The notes beneath the pieces were generated by a model, which saw only the letters and a list, made by a program, of their open reading frames with translations, had not been told where the DNA came from and ran no database searches. Below are positions 22,540-36,044 of a DNA stretch of 64,000 bases, piece after piece (the first letter of the stretch is position 1; every line of letters begins with the position of its first letter). Location of the stretch: the NCBI GenBank assembly GCA_964016885.1, contig OZ024743.1:75268001-75332000 (forward strand), in the 5' to 3' direction. The position numbers and the translations under genes are program-made. The stretch comes from Eledone cirrhosa (Eukaryota).

Positions 22540-25500
22540 AACCTAACTTTAAGCTAAAACCGAACTTTAAAAATAACACTTACCCTAACACTTGCACTCA
22601 CACATGCTCTAACAGTGAACTTAGCGCTAACATGAAAACTAACACAAACACAAAATCTGAAAACTAACACTAAATAGAAAACTAACACAATCACTAACAC
22701 TAACCTGAACACCAGCACTTAAACTAACACTACCATAAATACTAATACAAACACTAACACTAAAACTAACATTAGCACAAACATTAGCCTGAACACTAGC
22801 ACTAAAACTAACACTACCATAAACACTAACACTGACCTGAGCACTAACACTAAAAGTAACACTAACACAAACACTAATCTGAAAACTGATACTAACCAGA
22901 AAACTAAGCTAACATTAACTTCAACACTAAAACAAACACTAACGCTAACAGAGATACTAACACAAATATTAACACAAAAACAAACACTAGCACAATCTCT
23001 AACACTAACCTTAACACTAAAACTAACATTAACTTGAACACTAACACTAACCTGAACACTTACACTAAAACTAACATTAACCTGAACACTAACACTAAAA
23101 CTAACACTAACAGAAATACTAACACAAATATTAACACAAAAACAAACACTAACAAAATCTCTAACACTAAAACTAACATTAACTTGAACACTAACCTGAA
23201 AACTAAGCTAACATTAATCTGAACACTAACACAAACACTCATGCTAACACTAACAGAAATACTAATGCTAACATTAACACAAAAACAAAGACTAACGCTA
23301 ACACTAATGGAAACATCAATCACTAATGCTAACAGAGATACTAACACAAATATTAACACAAAAACAAACACTAGCACAATCTCTAACACTAACCTTAACA
23401 CTAAAACTAACACTAACATTAACTTGAACACCAACACTAACCTGAACACTTACACTAAAACTAACATTAACCTGAACACTAACACTAAAACTAACACTAA
23501 CAGAGATACTAACACAAATATTAACACAAAAACAAACACTAACAAAATCTCTAACACTAAAACTAACATTAACTTGAACACTAACCTGAAAACTAAGCTA
23601 ACATTAATCTGAACACTAACACAAACACTCATGCTAACACTAACAGAAATACAAATGCTAACATTAACACAAAAACAAAGACTAACGCGAACACAATCAC
23701 TAACACTAATGGAAACATCAATCACTAATGCTAACAGAGATACTAACACAAATATTAACACAAAAACAAATACTAACACTAACCTTAACACTAAAACTAA
23801 CACTAACATTAACTTGAACACTAACACTGACCTGAACACTTACACTAAAACTAACATTAACCCTGAACACTAACACTAAAACTAACAGAGATACTAACAC
23901 AAATATTAACACAAAAACAAACACTAACACAATCTCTAACACTAAAACTAACATTAACTTGAACACTAACACTAACCTGAAAACTAAGCTAACATTAACC
24001 TGAACACTAACACAAACACTCATGCTAACACTAACAGAAATACTAATGCTAACATTAACACAAAAACAAAGTCTAACGCTAACACTAATGGAAACATCAA
24101 TCACTAATGCTAACAGAGATACTAACACAAATATTAACACAAAAACAAACACTAACCTTAACACTAAAACTAACATTAACACTTACACTAAAACTAACAC
24201 TACCATAAACAGTAACACAAACACTAACACTGATCTGAGCACTAACAGTAACACTAACACTACCATGAAAACTAACACAAAAAAAACACTAACACTAACC
24301 TGAACACTAACACTAAAACTGATACAAACCAGAAAACTAAGCGAACATTAACCTCAACACTAACATTAACAGAAAAACAAAGACAAGCACTAACACAAAC
24401 ATTAACACAAAATAAAACAGTAACACTAATGGAAAAACTAACACTAAAACTAACACTACCGTAAACACTAACACGAGCACTAACTCTAAAACTGACATTA
24501 ACACGAACATTAACCTGAACACTAACACAAACACTAACACTAACAAAAATGCTAACACTAATACAAAATCAAACACTAACACGAATACTAATGAAAACAC
24601 TAACGCCAACGCTGGCACTGACGAAGATGGCTATGCTGGCACAAACGCTAGCGCAAATGTTGATACAATCGCTTACGCTGACACAAATGCTCACGCTGAT
24701 ATAAAAAAAGCAAATGCAGACACAGAGGCAAATGTTGATGCAGATGTTAAAGCATACCTGAAAACTAAGCTAACATTAACCTGAACACTAACACAAACAC
24801 TCATGCTAACACTAACAGAAATACTAATGCTAACATTAAAACAAAAACAAAGACTAACGCTAACACAATCACTAACACTAAAGGAAACATCAATCACTAA
24901 TGCTAACAGAGATACTAACACAAATATTAACACAAAAACAAATACTAACACTAACACATTCTCTAACACTAACCTTAACACTAAAACTAACATTAACACT
25001 AACATAACTTGAACACTAACACTAACCTGAACACTTACACTAAAACTAACATTAACCTAAACACTAGCACTAAAACTAACACTACCATAAACAGTAACAC
25101 AAACACTAACACTGATCTGAGCACTAACAGTAACACTAACACTACCATAAAAACTAACACTAACCTGAACACTAAAACTAAAACTAACACAAAAACTAAG
25201 CTAACATTAACCTCAACACTAAAACAAACACTAACATTAACAGAAAAATAAAGACTAGCACTAACACTAATGGAAACACTAACACAAACATTAACACAAA
25301 ATAAAACACTAACACTACCATAAACACTAACGCTAAAACTGACATTAACACGAACATTAACCTGAACACTAACACTACCATAAACCACTAACCTGAGCAC
25401 TAACACTAAAAGTAACATGAGCCCTAACCTGAAAACTAACACTAACCAGAAAACTAAGTCAACATTAACCTGAACACTAACACTAACAAAAATACTAACA

Positions 25501-27620
25501 CTAACAAAAATGCTTACACTAATACAAAATCAAACACTAACACGAACACTAATGGAAACACTAACGCCAAAGCTGACACTGACGAAGATGGCTATGCTGG
25601 TACAAACGCTAGCGCAAATGTTGACACAATCGCTTATGCTGACACAAACACTAAGGTGAATACTGATGCAGGTGCAAAGGCGAATGCTGACAAAGATTCT
25701 GACGCACACGCTGATGTAAATGCTACACAGACTCTAACGCTGACGTGGACACTGACACAAATGCTCACGCTGATGCAAACACTAAAGCAAATGCAGACAC
25801 TAATGCAAACACAGACGCAAATCTTGATGCAGATGTTAAAGCAAACGCAAATACTGACGCAAATGATGACAGCGATGCTAATGTGAACCTTAACGCAGAC
25901 GTAAACATTGACGTAGAAGTTAAAGGAAACACTGATGCAAACACTAATGAAAATGCTGATGCAGACGCTGACACAGACGCTAACACACATTAACACAGAT
26001 GCTAACGTAAACACTGACGCAGATGTTAATATAAACACTGACGCAGACGCTAACATAAACGCTGACACAGACGCTAACACACGTTAACACATATGCTAAC
26101 GTAAACACTGACGCAGATGCTAACGTAAACACTGACACAGACGCTAATATAAACGCTGAGACAGACACTAATATAAACACTGACACAGACGCTAACATAA
26201 ATGCTGACACAGATGCTAACACACGTTGACACAGACGCTAATGTAAACGATGACGTAGAAGCTAACGTAAACGCTGACACAGACGCAAATGTAAACGCTG
26301 ACGTAGAAGCTAATGTAGATGCTGACGTAGAAGCTAACGTAAACGATGACGTAGATGTTAACGTAGACGCTGACGTAGAAGCTAACGTAGATGCTGACGT
26401 AGAAGCTAACGTAAATGATGACGTAGATGTTAACGTAGACGCTGACGTAGAAGCTAACGTAAACGCTGACGTAGAAGCTAACAAAACGCTGACGTAGTTG
26501 TTACGTAGAAGCAGGCGTTGAAGTTAGCGTTTACCCTTACCGCCGAAGCTGATCTCCAAAACGCAATTGCTGATGTGGATTGCTGAAGCCAAAGCGAAGC
26601 TAACGCTGACGCAAATGTTGAGGCAGTTTTGCCGGCGCTGACGTGTATGCTGACGCTAATGCAAATGCTGATGCGGATGCTAAGGCTAACGTTAACGCTG
26701 ATGCAAATGCTGAAGTTAACGCCTACATGGGATATGCAGACGCTGCAATGATGCGGAGGATGCCACAGGAAAGGTTGATGGAAACGCCAATGCTAACGGA
26801 AAACGCTGACGTAGACGTTACGGAAACGCTGACGTAGAAGCTAACGTAAACGCTGACACAGACGCTAACGTAAACACTGACGTTAACTGAAATGCTGACG
26901 CTGATGTAGATGTAAATACTGACGCTGACACAGACGCGGTCGGAAACACTGACGTAGATGCTGTCGGAAACGCTGACGTAGAAGCTAACGGAATCACTGA
27001 CACAGACGCTAACGGAAACGCTGACAAAGACGTTAAAGGAAACGCTGTCGCTAATGCTAATGTGAATGCTGATGCAGATGCTGAAGCAAATGCTAACCCC
27101 TACACAAATGCAAACGCTGATGCTAACACTGACTCAAACACTAATGCAAATGCTGACGTGCACGCTGATGCAAATGCTGACACTGAGGGAAATGCTGACA
27201 CTGACACAAGTGCTGACGCGGACGCTAATGATAATGCTGACTCAGAAGCTGATGTAGACGTAGGCACTGAAACAAACACTAATGCTAACACTAATGTTGA
27301 CTCAGACGCTAAGGGAAATGCTGACACAATCACTATCACCAATGCAGACGCTGACGCAAATGCTGACACTTACGCAAACACTAACGCAGATGCTAACACC
27401 AGTCTACATAGACACTAACACAAAAGCTTACATAGACGCTTATGCAAATGCTAACGCTGATGCAGACAGTAACGCAAACAGTAACTGTAAGAGTAACAAT
27501 TACAGTAACACTAACAGTGACAGTAATGCTAACAGTAACACAGTCACTAACAATAAACTTACCATTAACAGTAAAACTTACCCTAACACTAACCCTAAAT
27601 CTAACATTAATCCAGAGAAA
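22540..27620. repeat. 5-kb degenerate hexamer array (ACTAAC grading to GCTGAC/GACGTA) with ~390-bp higher-order repeats
   Basis: Hexamer periodicity throughout; the marker GGAAACATCAATCACTAATGCT recurs at ~23309, 23711, 24090 and 24883. Confidence 0.9.
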
Positions 27621-28137
27621 AAAGTCATTTAAGGTCACTCTTTAAGATATAGAAGATAGGCATTACATTTTAATGATTTTAATTTAAAGAGAATCACGCT
27701 ATACGATGCAACACAATAACACACCACACCACACTAACCTACACTACACCAAACCAGATTATACCATACCTTGGTAAATTTATGATAGGTTTCCATGTTA
27801 TAACTACACCAAACTAAACCATACCAAACTACACCAAACCAAACCACACCATAACAAACTACACCATACTACATCACACCATGCTATTGAACTCAGTGTG
27901 AAAAATTTTCTTCATGCTTTTTTTGTCTTTTTTTGTGTGTGTGCTTACCACCCAATCTGACATTAAAAATGTTTGCAATTAACTATTTTTTGCACATATT
28001 ATCAATGAAGACTTTGAAACCTGTTGAAAATGACTATCTTTGTAGAAAAAAGAGGGCGGAAAGTGGGTGGAAATACCATTCACAAAGCTTGTCATTTTTG
28101 ATTGCAGTGAAAGTCATATTTGTTGTTAATATGGAAA

Positions 28138-28469
28138 TGGAGGCACATGGCTTAGTGGTTAGAGCATTGGCCTTGCAAAAGGTTGTGAGTTCAATTCTCA
28201 GACCAGGTGGTGTGTTGTTTCCTTGAACAAGACACTTTATTTCACATTGCTCCAGTTTACTCAGCTGTAGAAATGAGATGATAGGGACTGGTGTCCCTAT
28301 CATTCCACTGCAAAGTGGTCGTATAGGTGCCACGGCAAAGACCACCCAGCACTCACTGTAAATGAGGTTGGTGTTAGGAAGGGCATCCAGCTTAGAAATC
28401 AAGCCAGAATCAGTTCCTGTCCCACCCTTGTAAGCAGGGAAAAGTGGACGTAAAATGATGATGATGATG
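28138..28469 (+). mobile_element. SINE family A
   Basis: Full head, core and (ATG)n tail. Confidence 0.85.
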
Positions 28470-30149
28470 GTAAAAGCATAGACGGCTGTGAGCATGTTGG
28501 AGGTTGGAAAACCATACCACATTAAACTACATCAAACTACACCATACTACATCACACCATGCTATTAATCTCAGTGAGAACATTTTTCTTCCTGTTTTTT
28601 TTTTTTCTGTATGTGTGTGTGCTTACCACCCAATCTGATATCAAAGGTGCTCACAAATGACTATTTTTTTACACATTATCAATGTATATAACATGGAAAC
28701 CTATCATTTGCAATAGGTTCCCATGTCATAACTACAACAATCCAAACCACACCACAACAAACTACACCATTCTACATCACACCATGCTTTTGATCTCAGT
28801 GTGAAAAATTTCCTTCCTGTTTCTTTTTTTTTTTTTTTTTTTGTGTGTGTTCTTACCACCAAATCTGACATCAAAGGTGCTGCAATTGACTATTTTTCGC
28901 ACATATTATCAATAATTATGACATGGAAAACTGTCAAAAATGACTAGCTTTGTAGAAAAAAGAGGGAGGATGTGGGTGGAAATACCATTTACAAAGCTAG
29001 TCATTTTTTATTGCAGCGGAAGTCATATTTTTTGTTAATATGCTAAAAGCATAGTCCACTGCAAGCATCTTGCAAGTTGATAACACAGGCAAAAATGCAG
29101 GTATAACAGGCATAACTTCACCAAACCAAACCAAACCACACCATACCAAGTTACACCATACTACATCACACCAAGCTATTGATCTTGGTGTGAAACATTT
29201 TCTTCCCGTTTCCTTTTTTTTTGTGTGTGTTTGCTTACCACCCAATCTGACATTAAAGGTGCTCCCAATTGACTATTATTTTTTCCACTTATCAATAATT
29301 ATGACATGGAAACCTGTCGAAAATGACTATCTTTGTAGAAACTTCACCAAACCACACCATACTACATCACACCAAGATATTGATTTTGGTGTGACAAATT
29401 TCCATCTGGCATTTTTTTTTTTTTTTGCTTACCACCCAATTTGACATAAAAGGTGCTTGCAAATTACTATTTTATGCACATATTATCAATGGTTATGACA
29501 TGGAAACCTGATGAAAATGACTAGCTTTGTAGAAAAAAGAGGGAGGATGTGGGTGGAAATACCATTTACAAAGCTAGTCATTTTTTATTGCAGCGGAAGT
29601 CATATTTTTTGTTAATATGCTAAAAGCATAGTCCACTGCAAGCATCTTGGAAGTTGATAGCACATGCAAAAATGAAGGAATAATTTTTTTTCTAACATAA
29701 ATCAAAGTGGAAATTTAAATCCTCACTTATAATAAAGCACACCACAGCACATTAATCTACCCCAATCCACACCATAACCATACTTCACTATATGGTAAAT
29801 TTATTACAGAACACCTACTCGTACCATTTACATCACACCATGGTATGGAGATCAATGTGACAAATTTGCTACCTGCTTTTTATTTTTTTTGTGGCTACCA
29901 CCACCTCAAACTAACATCAAAGGTGCTTGCAAATGACTATTTTCCCACACATTATCAATGAATATGACATGGGAATCTATCGTTTAGAATTGGTTTCCAT
30001 TTCATAACTTCACCAAACCAAACCACACTATACCAATTTACACCATACTACATCGCACCAAGCTATTGATCTTGGTGTGAAAAATTTTCTTCCTGTTTCC
30101 CTTTTTTTTTTTGTGTGTGTGCTTACCACCCAATCTGACATTAAAGGTG

Positions 30150-30620
30150 TGTACAGCCACCGGAAATAACATCTGTGAAATATACAGTGCCATCTACATG
30201 TTAGCTAGCTACCTCAACGTGAAACAAAAGAATCCTTAAAACCTACCAGAATAAACGCCTACACACCGGCTAAACATCAAACGATTGTTTCTGTATAAAT
30301 AGAGTGGTTCCAAACACTTCGCCAGTCGACATTTGGCAGAGTTAGCTAGCGCATCGTTGTTCCTTTACTCTGCCACGCTTTGTCACTCACACACGCCTTG
30401 TACCTCGTATCACCGCTTCATGTGAAAATAAATAACTGATCAAATTTACATCTCGCCTTGCTTCGTCCTTTCAACTTGTGCTTTCGTCTGTCCATCCTCA
30501 ACAGTTCTTTTAAGGGTTATCTTCAGATCTGATCAGACCGTATGCAATAAAAGTCCTTCTAAGGGCTATTCTCGGATCTGATCAGAAGTAGTGACTAGAC
30601 TGACTAACCACGTCGCCACA
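30150..30620 (+). repeat. 5' LTR of Gypsy element 1
   Basis: TGTACAGCC...GCCACA, direct repeat of 33858-34390. Confidence 0.93.
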
Positions 30621-30866
30621 ATTGGTGACCCGAACACGAGTCGAACGCGCAACCAGACAGCACCTAAGAAAATATCAACATGGACATGTCACAAACGACA
30701 GAGGCCGAGATTTCAGAGCTGCGGGCTATGATCAGAGAGCGGGCTGGTCAAATTAAAGCCCTCTCGAATCAAATAGAGAACTTGACCTTTCAAACACACC
30801 GGCGACGCAGCAACAGTCGATCCAGGCCTTTTCACAGTCGAAGATCCAGTAGTCCCAGTCAAAATC

Positions 30867-31575
30867 GTGTGCCTGGCAACCTCTGCTGGTATCACACAGG
30901 CATCTAAGTGCAAAGCCCCGTGCTCTTTCCGGAATGCCACCCAGGGCCTGGCGACGACGTTCACCCTTGGTACTGAAAAGAAAAGTCGTCTACTTTTTAT
31001 TAACGACCAGGCGACAGGCATCCGTTACCTCGTGGATACAGGAGCCCAGGTTAGTGTTATTCCTGTTTCACTAATCTCAGGCAAAAGACACCCAACCCCG
31101 TCCTTTCTGCAGGCAGTGAACCAATCGTCAATTCCGACTTTCGGGGAGAAGTCTCTGACCCTCAATTTAGGCCTGAGGCGGCATTTTCAATGGGTGTTCG
31201 TCGTGGCAGACCTGCCGACCCCGATCCTAGGAGCCGATTTTCTCCACCACTTCAACCTTCTGGTGGATATGAAGAACCGGAGGATTATTGACACCACCAC
31301 AAACCTCACTGTGAGAGGTATATTTACGACGCAATCCACAGTGAGCCCTGTAATTTGCCAGTCAGAGCCTTCGCGGTACAACTGCATTCTCCAGAAATAC
31401 CCAGACATCACTCGCCCGGTATTTAAGGATGGTCCCATCAAGCATAGTGTCACACACCACATCGAGACAAAGGGACCACCCACAGCTGCCTGACCAAGGA
31501 GACTGCCTCCAGACCGATTGAGAATCACCAAGCAGGAGTTCCAACACATGCTGGACCTCGGAATCATTCGCTCTG
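30867..31575 (+). pseudogene. Gypsy aspartic protease and start of RT (interrupted)
   Basis: YLVDTGAQVSVIP...PILGADFLHHFNL, then HHIETKGPP..*PRRLPPDRL...EFQHMLDLGIIR before the deletion. Confidence 0.88.
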
Positions 31576-31579
31576 TCCC

Positions 31580-32908
31580 GTAGCAGCCGACGCACTGTCC
31601 CGAATCCAGCTGAACGCAATACATGTGCATTCAGGCATCGACCTTCAACAGATCGCAGCTGAACAAGAGACTGACGAAGAGTTTATCAAGCTCCGAGATT
31701 CGCCATCCCTCAAGTTTCAGCAAGTTCCCATTCCTTCTTCTCCGGGACAAATTTGGTGCGACCTTTCTACCGGTCATGAACGACCTTACGTACCACAGAT
31801 GCATCGTCGACAAGTTTTTTCTGCTTTACACTGCTTGTCTCACCCGGAAATCCGGGCTACACAGAAACTCATCTCTGCTCGTTTTGTGTGAACTAACATT
31901 AACAAGGACATACGCGACTGGTCCAGGAGCTGCATTTCCTGCCAGAAAGCCAAAGTCCACAGACACATCAAAACTCCACTCGGTACATTCGCGCAACCTG
32001 ATGCACGTTTTCATCATGTGCATATCGACATCGTCGGACCTCTACCACCATCACAGAACTACACACACTTGCTCACCTGCATAGATCGATTTTCTCGTTG
32101 GCCTGAGGCTTTTCCCATAAATGATACCTCAGCGGAAACAGTCGCTAAAACTTTGGTTTTACACTGGGTATCACGTTATGGCGCCCAAACGAAGATAACA
32201 ACGGACAGAGGACGCCAATTTGACTCCCACCTCTTCAGGGAACTGACTCGCCTGTTAGGATGTAAACACATCCGCACGACAGCTTATCACCCGCAAGCTA
32301 ATGGTCTCGTGGAAAGATTCCATCGCCAATTGAAAGCTGCAATAAAAGCATATCCAGACAAGACACACTGGTTTGAATACCTACCACTCATCCTTCTGGG
32401 CATTCGATCCACCGTTAAAGAGGAATTCGGACACACACCTGCAGAATTAGTGTACGGCACCACCCTGGTTCTACCTGGTCAGATGATTGCTCCCATCTCT
32501 CCTCAGGATGTTCCAGACTCAGGATCATACGTACACCGTCTTCGACAATATATGTCTCACCTTGCTCCTGCAAGTACCCGTCAACAGAACATGGCCACAC
32601 ACGTACCTTCAGACATTAAAGGTTGGACACACGTTTTCGTTCGAAACGACACCATCTCAGCTCATCTTCGACCTCCATATTCTGGCCCTTATCGCGTTCT
32701 AAAAAAATATCCAAAATATTTTATTCTCGATCTAGATGGTAAACAGAATTCTGTCAGAGTGGACAGATTAAAAAAAGCCATCATGGATACTGTTACAGTC
32801 TCTACACCAGAAACTCCAACAGATTGCTGTCCCAGCGAGCCACCTGTTTCATCTCCAGTCACGAGAAGCGGACGACACGTCGATTGGCCCGCAAAGTTGG
32901 CACAATAG
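31580..32908 (+). pseudogene. Gypsy integrase (HHCC zinc finger, DDE core, GPY/F module)
   Basis: AADALSRI, LH.LSHP...[42 protein letters not shown]; one in-frame stop near 31890. Confidence 0.9.
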
Positions 32909-33857
32909 GTGAATTACCGTTAACCTCAAGTGAGTTTCTTAATCAGTCTTCGTGCAAAACATTTCCATTTTTCTTGTGTTTACTATTTCCAGTTTCAAAT
33001 ACAATGAACTTTCTGCTTGAACAATTGCAATTTTTAGTGACCATGTGCTCATGTCACGAAGAACATTATTTATAATGAACATTATTTATTACAAACTCTA
33101 TTTAAGAACAAACATTGTGTATATCATTGTGTATAACATTTTTTTTCTTCTCTCTCTTGTTTTGCAAAATTGGTATTTTTCTTGTTCTGTAACATTGATT
33201 GTGTAATTGCCATAATTTTGATATACATATAAGGCGTGTACATATTCTGTTTTTCATGCACACTACAAAACCACGTTTGTTTCACCTTTTAGTTCATACA
33301 CTGAGCAATAGATATTTGTGTCCCTCTAAATCTTACACTACAAAATGTTTTCTCTTTGATCACGCACTTCACAAATCGCAGCCTCAAAACACTGGCCTTC
33401 TTTTTTCACGTACACATTCACTCAAAAGCTCGAGAATGCCTCGCTATTTTTTTTTTACCACATGCATTCGCTCAAGTCATATGCTGTGGAGCAAACTGTT
33501 ACTTTTAGGCAGCATGCTTACGGACTTTCAGTTGACACATTACGGTTATCTTCACTGCCCAGTCAGACTTTTTATCACGCAATTCACAGGCAACTCAACC
33601 GAAATTGCAACAGGCTCATTCATCACGCCTGCATAAATCTGGTCAAAGTCATTTTATAGTTTATTTCTTTTTTCTCTTCCTGACACACACATCTTGCCAT
33701 ATCATCTCTACATCGACTCTGTCCTATACTCGATGATCACAAAATTTCACAACGTGCTGGACACTCCTGGGGCAATTGTCATGACGAATGCACCACTGGC
33801 CCATTACTATACGATATTTCGCTCTTTTGTTGTACAAAAGATCTGGCAGGGGGATAA

Positions 33858-34390
33858 TGTACAGCCACCGGAAATAATATCTGTGAAATATACAGCGCCA
33901 TCTACCTGTTAGCTAGCTACTTCAACGTGAAACAAAAGAACCCTTAAAACCGCCTACACATCGGTTAAACATCAAACGATTGTTTCTGTATAAATAGTTC
34001 CAAACACTTCGCCAGTCGACATTTTCTGTATAAATAGTTCCAAACACTTCGCCAGTCGACATTTTCTGTATAAATAGTTCCAAACACTTCGCCAGTCGAC
34101 ATTTGGCAGAGTCAGCTAGCGCATCGTTGTTCCTTTACTCTGCCACACTTTGTCACTCACACACGCCTTGTACCTCGTATCGTCGCTTCAAGTGAAAATA
34201 AATAGCTGATCGAATTTACATCTCGCCTTGCTTCGTCCTTTCAACTTGTGCTTTCGTCTGTCCATCCTCAACAGTTCTTTTAAGGGCTATCTTCAGATCT
34301 GATCGGACCGTATGCAATAAAAGTCCTTCTAAGGGCTATTCTCGGATCTGATCAGAAGTAGTGACTAGACTGACTAACCACGTCGCTACA
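33858..34390 (+). repeat. 3' LTR of Gypsy element 1 (contains a triplicated 40-bp TATA segment)
   Basis: TGTACAGCC...GCTACA followed by TSD GGTG. Confidence 0.93.
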
Positions 34391-35159
34391 GGTGCTACCA
34401 ATTGACTATTTTTTTTCCACTTATCAATAATTATGACATGGAAACCTGTCGAAAATGACTATCTTTGTAGAAACTTCACCAAACCACACCATACTACATC
34501 ACACCAAGATATTGATTTTGGTGTGACAAATTTTCATCTGGCATTTTTTTTTTTTTTTTTTTTTTTTTTTGTGTTTACCACCCAATTTGACATAAAAGGT
34601 GCTCGCAAATTACTATTTTATGCACATATTATCAATGCTTATGACTTGGAAACCTGATGAAAATGACTAGCTTTGTAGAAAAAAGAGGGAGGATGTGGGT
34701 GGAAATACCATTTACAAAGCTAGTCATTTTTTATTGCAGCGGAAGTCATATTTTTTGTTAATATGCTAAAAGCATAGTCCACTGCAAGCATCTTGGAAGT
34801 TGATAGCACATGCAAAAATGAAGGAAAAATTTTTTTTATAACATAAATCAAAGTGGAAATTTAAATCCTCACTTATAACAAAGCACACCACAGCACATTA
34901 ATCTACCCCAATCCACACCATAAATTCACCATAACCATACTTTATGGTTGCAACGTTTTTCGAAATATTTACTTCTGCGTTCACAGATTGATTTTTTTTT
35001 AGTTTCAGAAGATCCCATTAAGGGTGAAAGCAGCCGATTCTTTGCTTAAACTTTAATCTGTTATTTTAATAAATATTTGCTCTACGGTTCTTATATAATT
35101 GATATATATTTATCCCTTTCGAGCCCTCGTAAGATTTTAGTCTTCATATGTATTATTAT

Positions 35160-35241
<82 letters not shown>

Positions 35242-35289
35242 ATATATTAGTATATATATATGTGTGTATATATATATATATACATATCG

Positions 35290-35643
35290 AGAGCATTGGC
35301 CTAGCAATCGAAAGGTTGTGAGTTCATTTCTCACACCGGGTGATGTGTTATTTCCTTGAGCAAGACACTTTATTTCACATTGCTCCAGTTTACTCAGCTG
35401 TAGAAATGAGATAGGACTGGGGTCCCTATCATTCCACTGCAATGTGGTCGTGGAGGTGCCACGGCAAAAAAGTACCTAGCCCACACTGTAATGTGGAGGT
35501 GCCACGGGAAAAAAGCATCCAGCACTCACTGTAAATGAGGTTGGTGTTAGGAAAGGCATCCAGCTGTAGAAATCAAGCCAGAATCAGTTCCCGTCCCACC
35601 CTTGCAAGCAGGGAAAAAGTGGACGTAAAATGAAATGATGATG
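35290..35643 (+). mobile_element. SINE family A (5' truncated)
   Basis: Core and tail match the other copies. Confidence 0.8.
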
Positions 35644-35644
35644 A

Positions 35645-35978
35645 ATGCTCCCAGCTGTGGTCACCCCATAGTATCAAACTAACCATGGAGCTTGAAGCAA
35701 TCCAATGAAGCTACACCAAGAAGGTTTCTACGATGAAGGAGATAAACTACTGGGAGAGTTTAAAAGAACTGAAACTCTACTCCTCGGAATTAAGATGGGA
35801 GAGATATGCAATGATATACATATGGAAAATCCTGCGGGGACTAAGACCAAACTTTCGCATTCAGAGCTGGACCAATTCTCGAACAGGACGTCACTGTGTG
35901 GTACCAAAGGTCCCGTCTTCCACATCTAGAATCAGGAGCAGCTATTGCAATAGCCTGGGGTTCAAAGGCCCTCAACTT
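35645..35978 (+). mobile_element. CR1-clade LINE 3' fragment
   Basis: QLWSPH...LEAIQ...NYWESLKELKLYS...RWERYAMIYIWKIL...GRHC...NSLGFKGPQL. Confidence 0.8.
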
Positions 35979-36044
35979 GGTTTTCAAAATTTAAATTTGT
36001 TTCCTATTCATCAATGCTTCAAGCAAGCTATAAAACTGTTATAT

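Larger units (their letters stand above)
30150..34390 (+). mobile_element. Ty3/Gypsy LTR retrotransposon (CsRn1/Kabuki-like clade), deletion derivative lacking most of gag and RT/RNase H
   Basis: TG...CA LTRs 30150-30620 and 33858-34390, 4-bp TSD GGTG, PBS TGGTGACCCG (tRNA-Trp type) at 30623, PPT TCTGGCAGGGGGA, CWYH gag motif, YLVDTGA protease, integrase. Confidence 0.95.
27720..34945. repeat. Complex tandem repeat (250-900-bp modules), split by the Gypsy element at 30150-34390 and a SINE
   Basis: Repeated blocks CTTACCACCCAATCTGACAT..AAGGTGCT and AAAATGACTAGCTTTGTAGAAAAAAGAGGGAGG; 29250-29780 is duplicated at 30140/34391-34920. Confidence 0.85.

Noticed and set aside
23034-27645. Many ORFs of TN/LV/AD/AS dipeptide composition
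   Set aside because: They are by-products of a hexamer repeat that is open in several frames on both strands, with frequent frame breaks, so I did not call them CDS.
33199-33636. 145-aa ORF between integrase and 3' LTR as a possible env or accessory gene
   Set aside because: Non-ATG start, and no signal peptide, transmembrane segment or recognisable motif. Likely 3' UTR.
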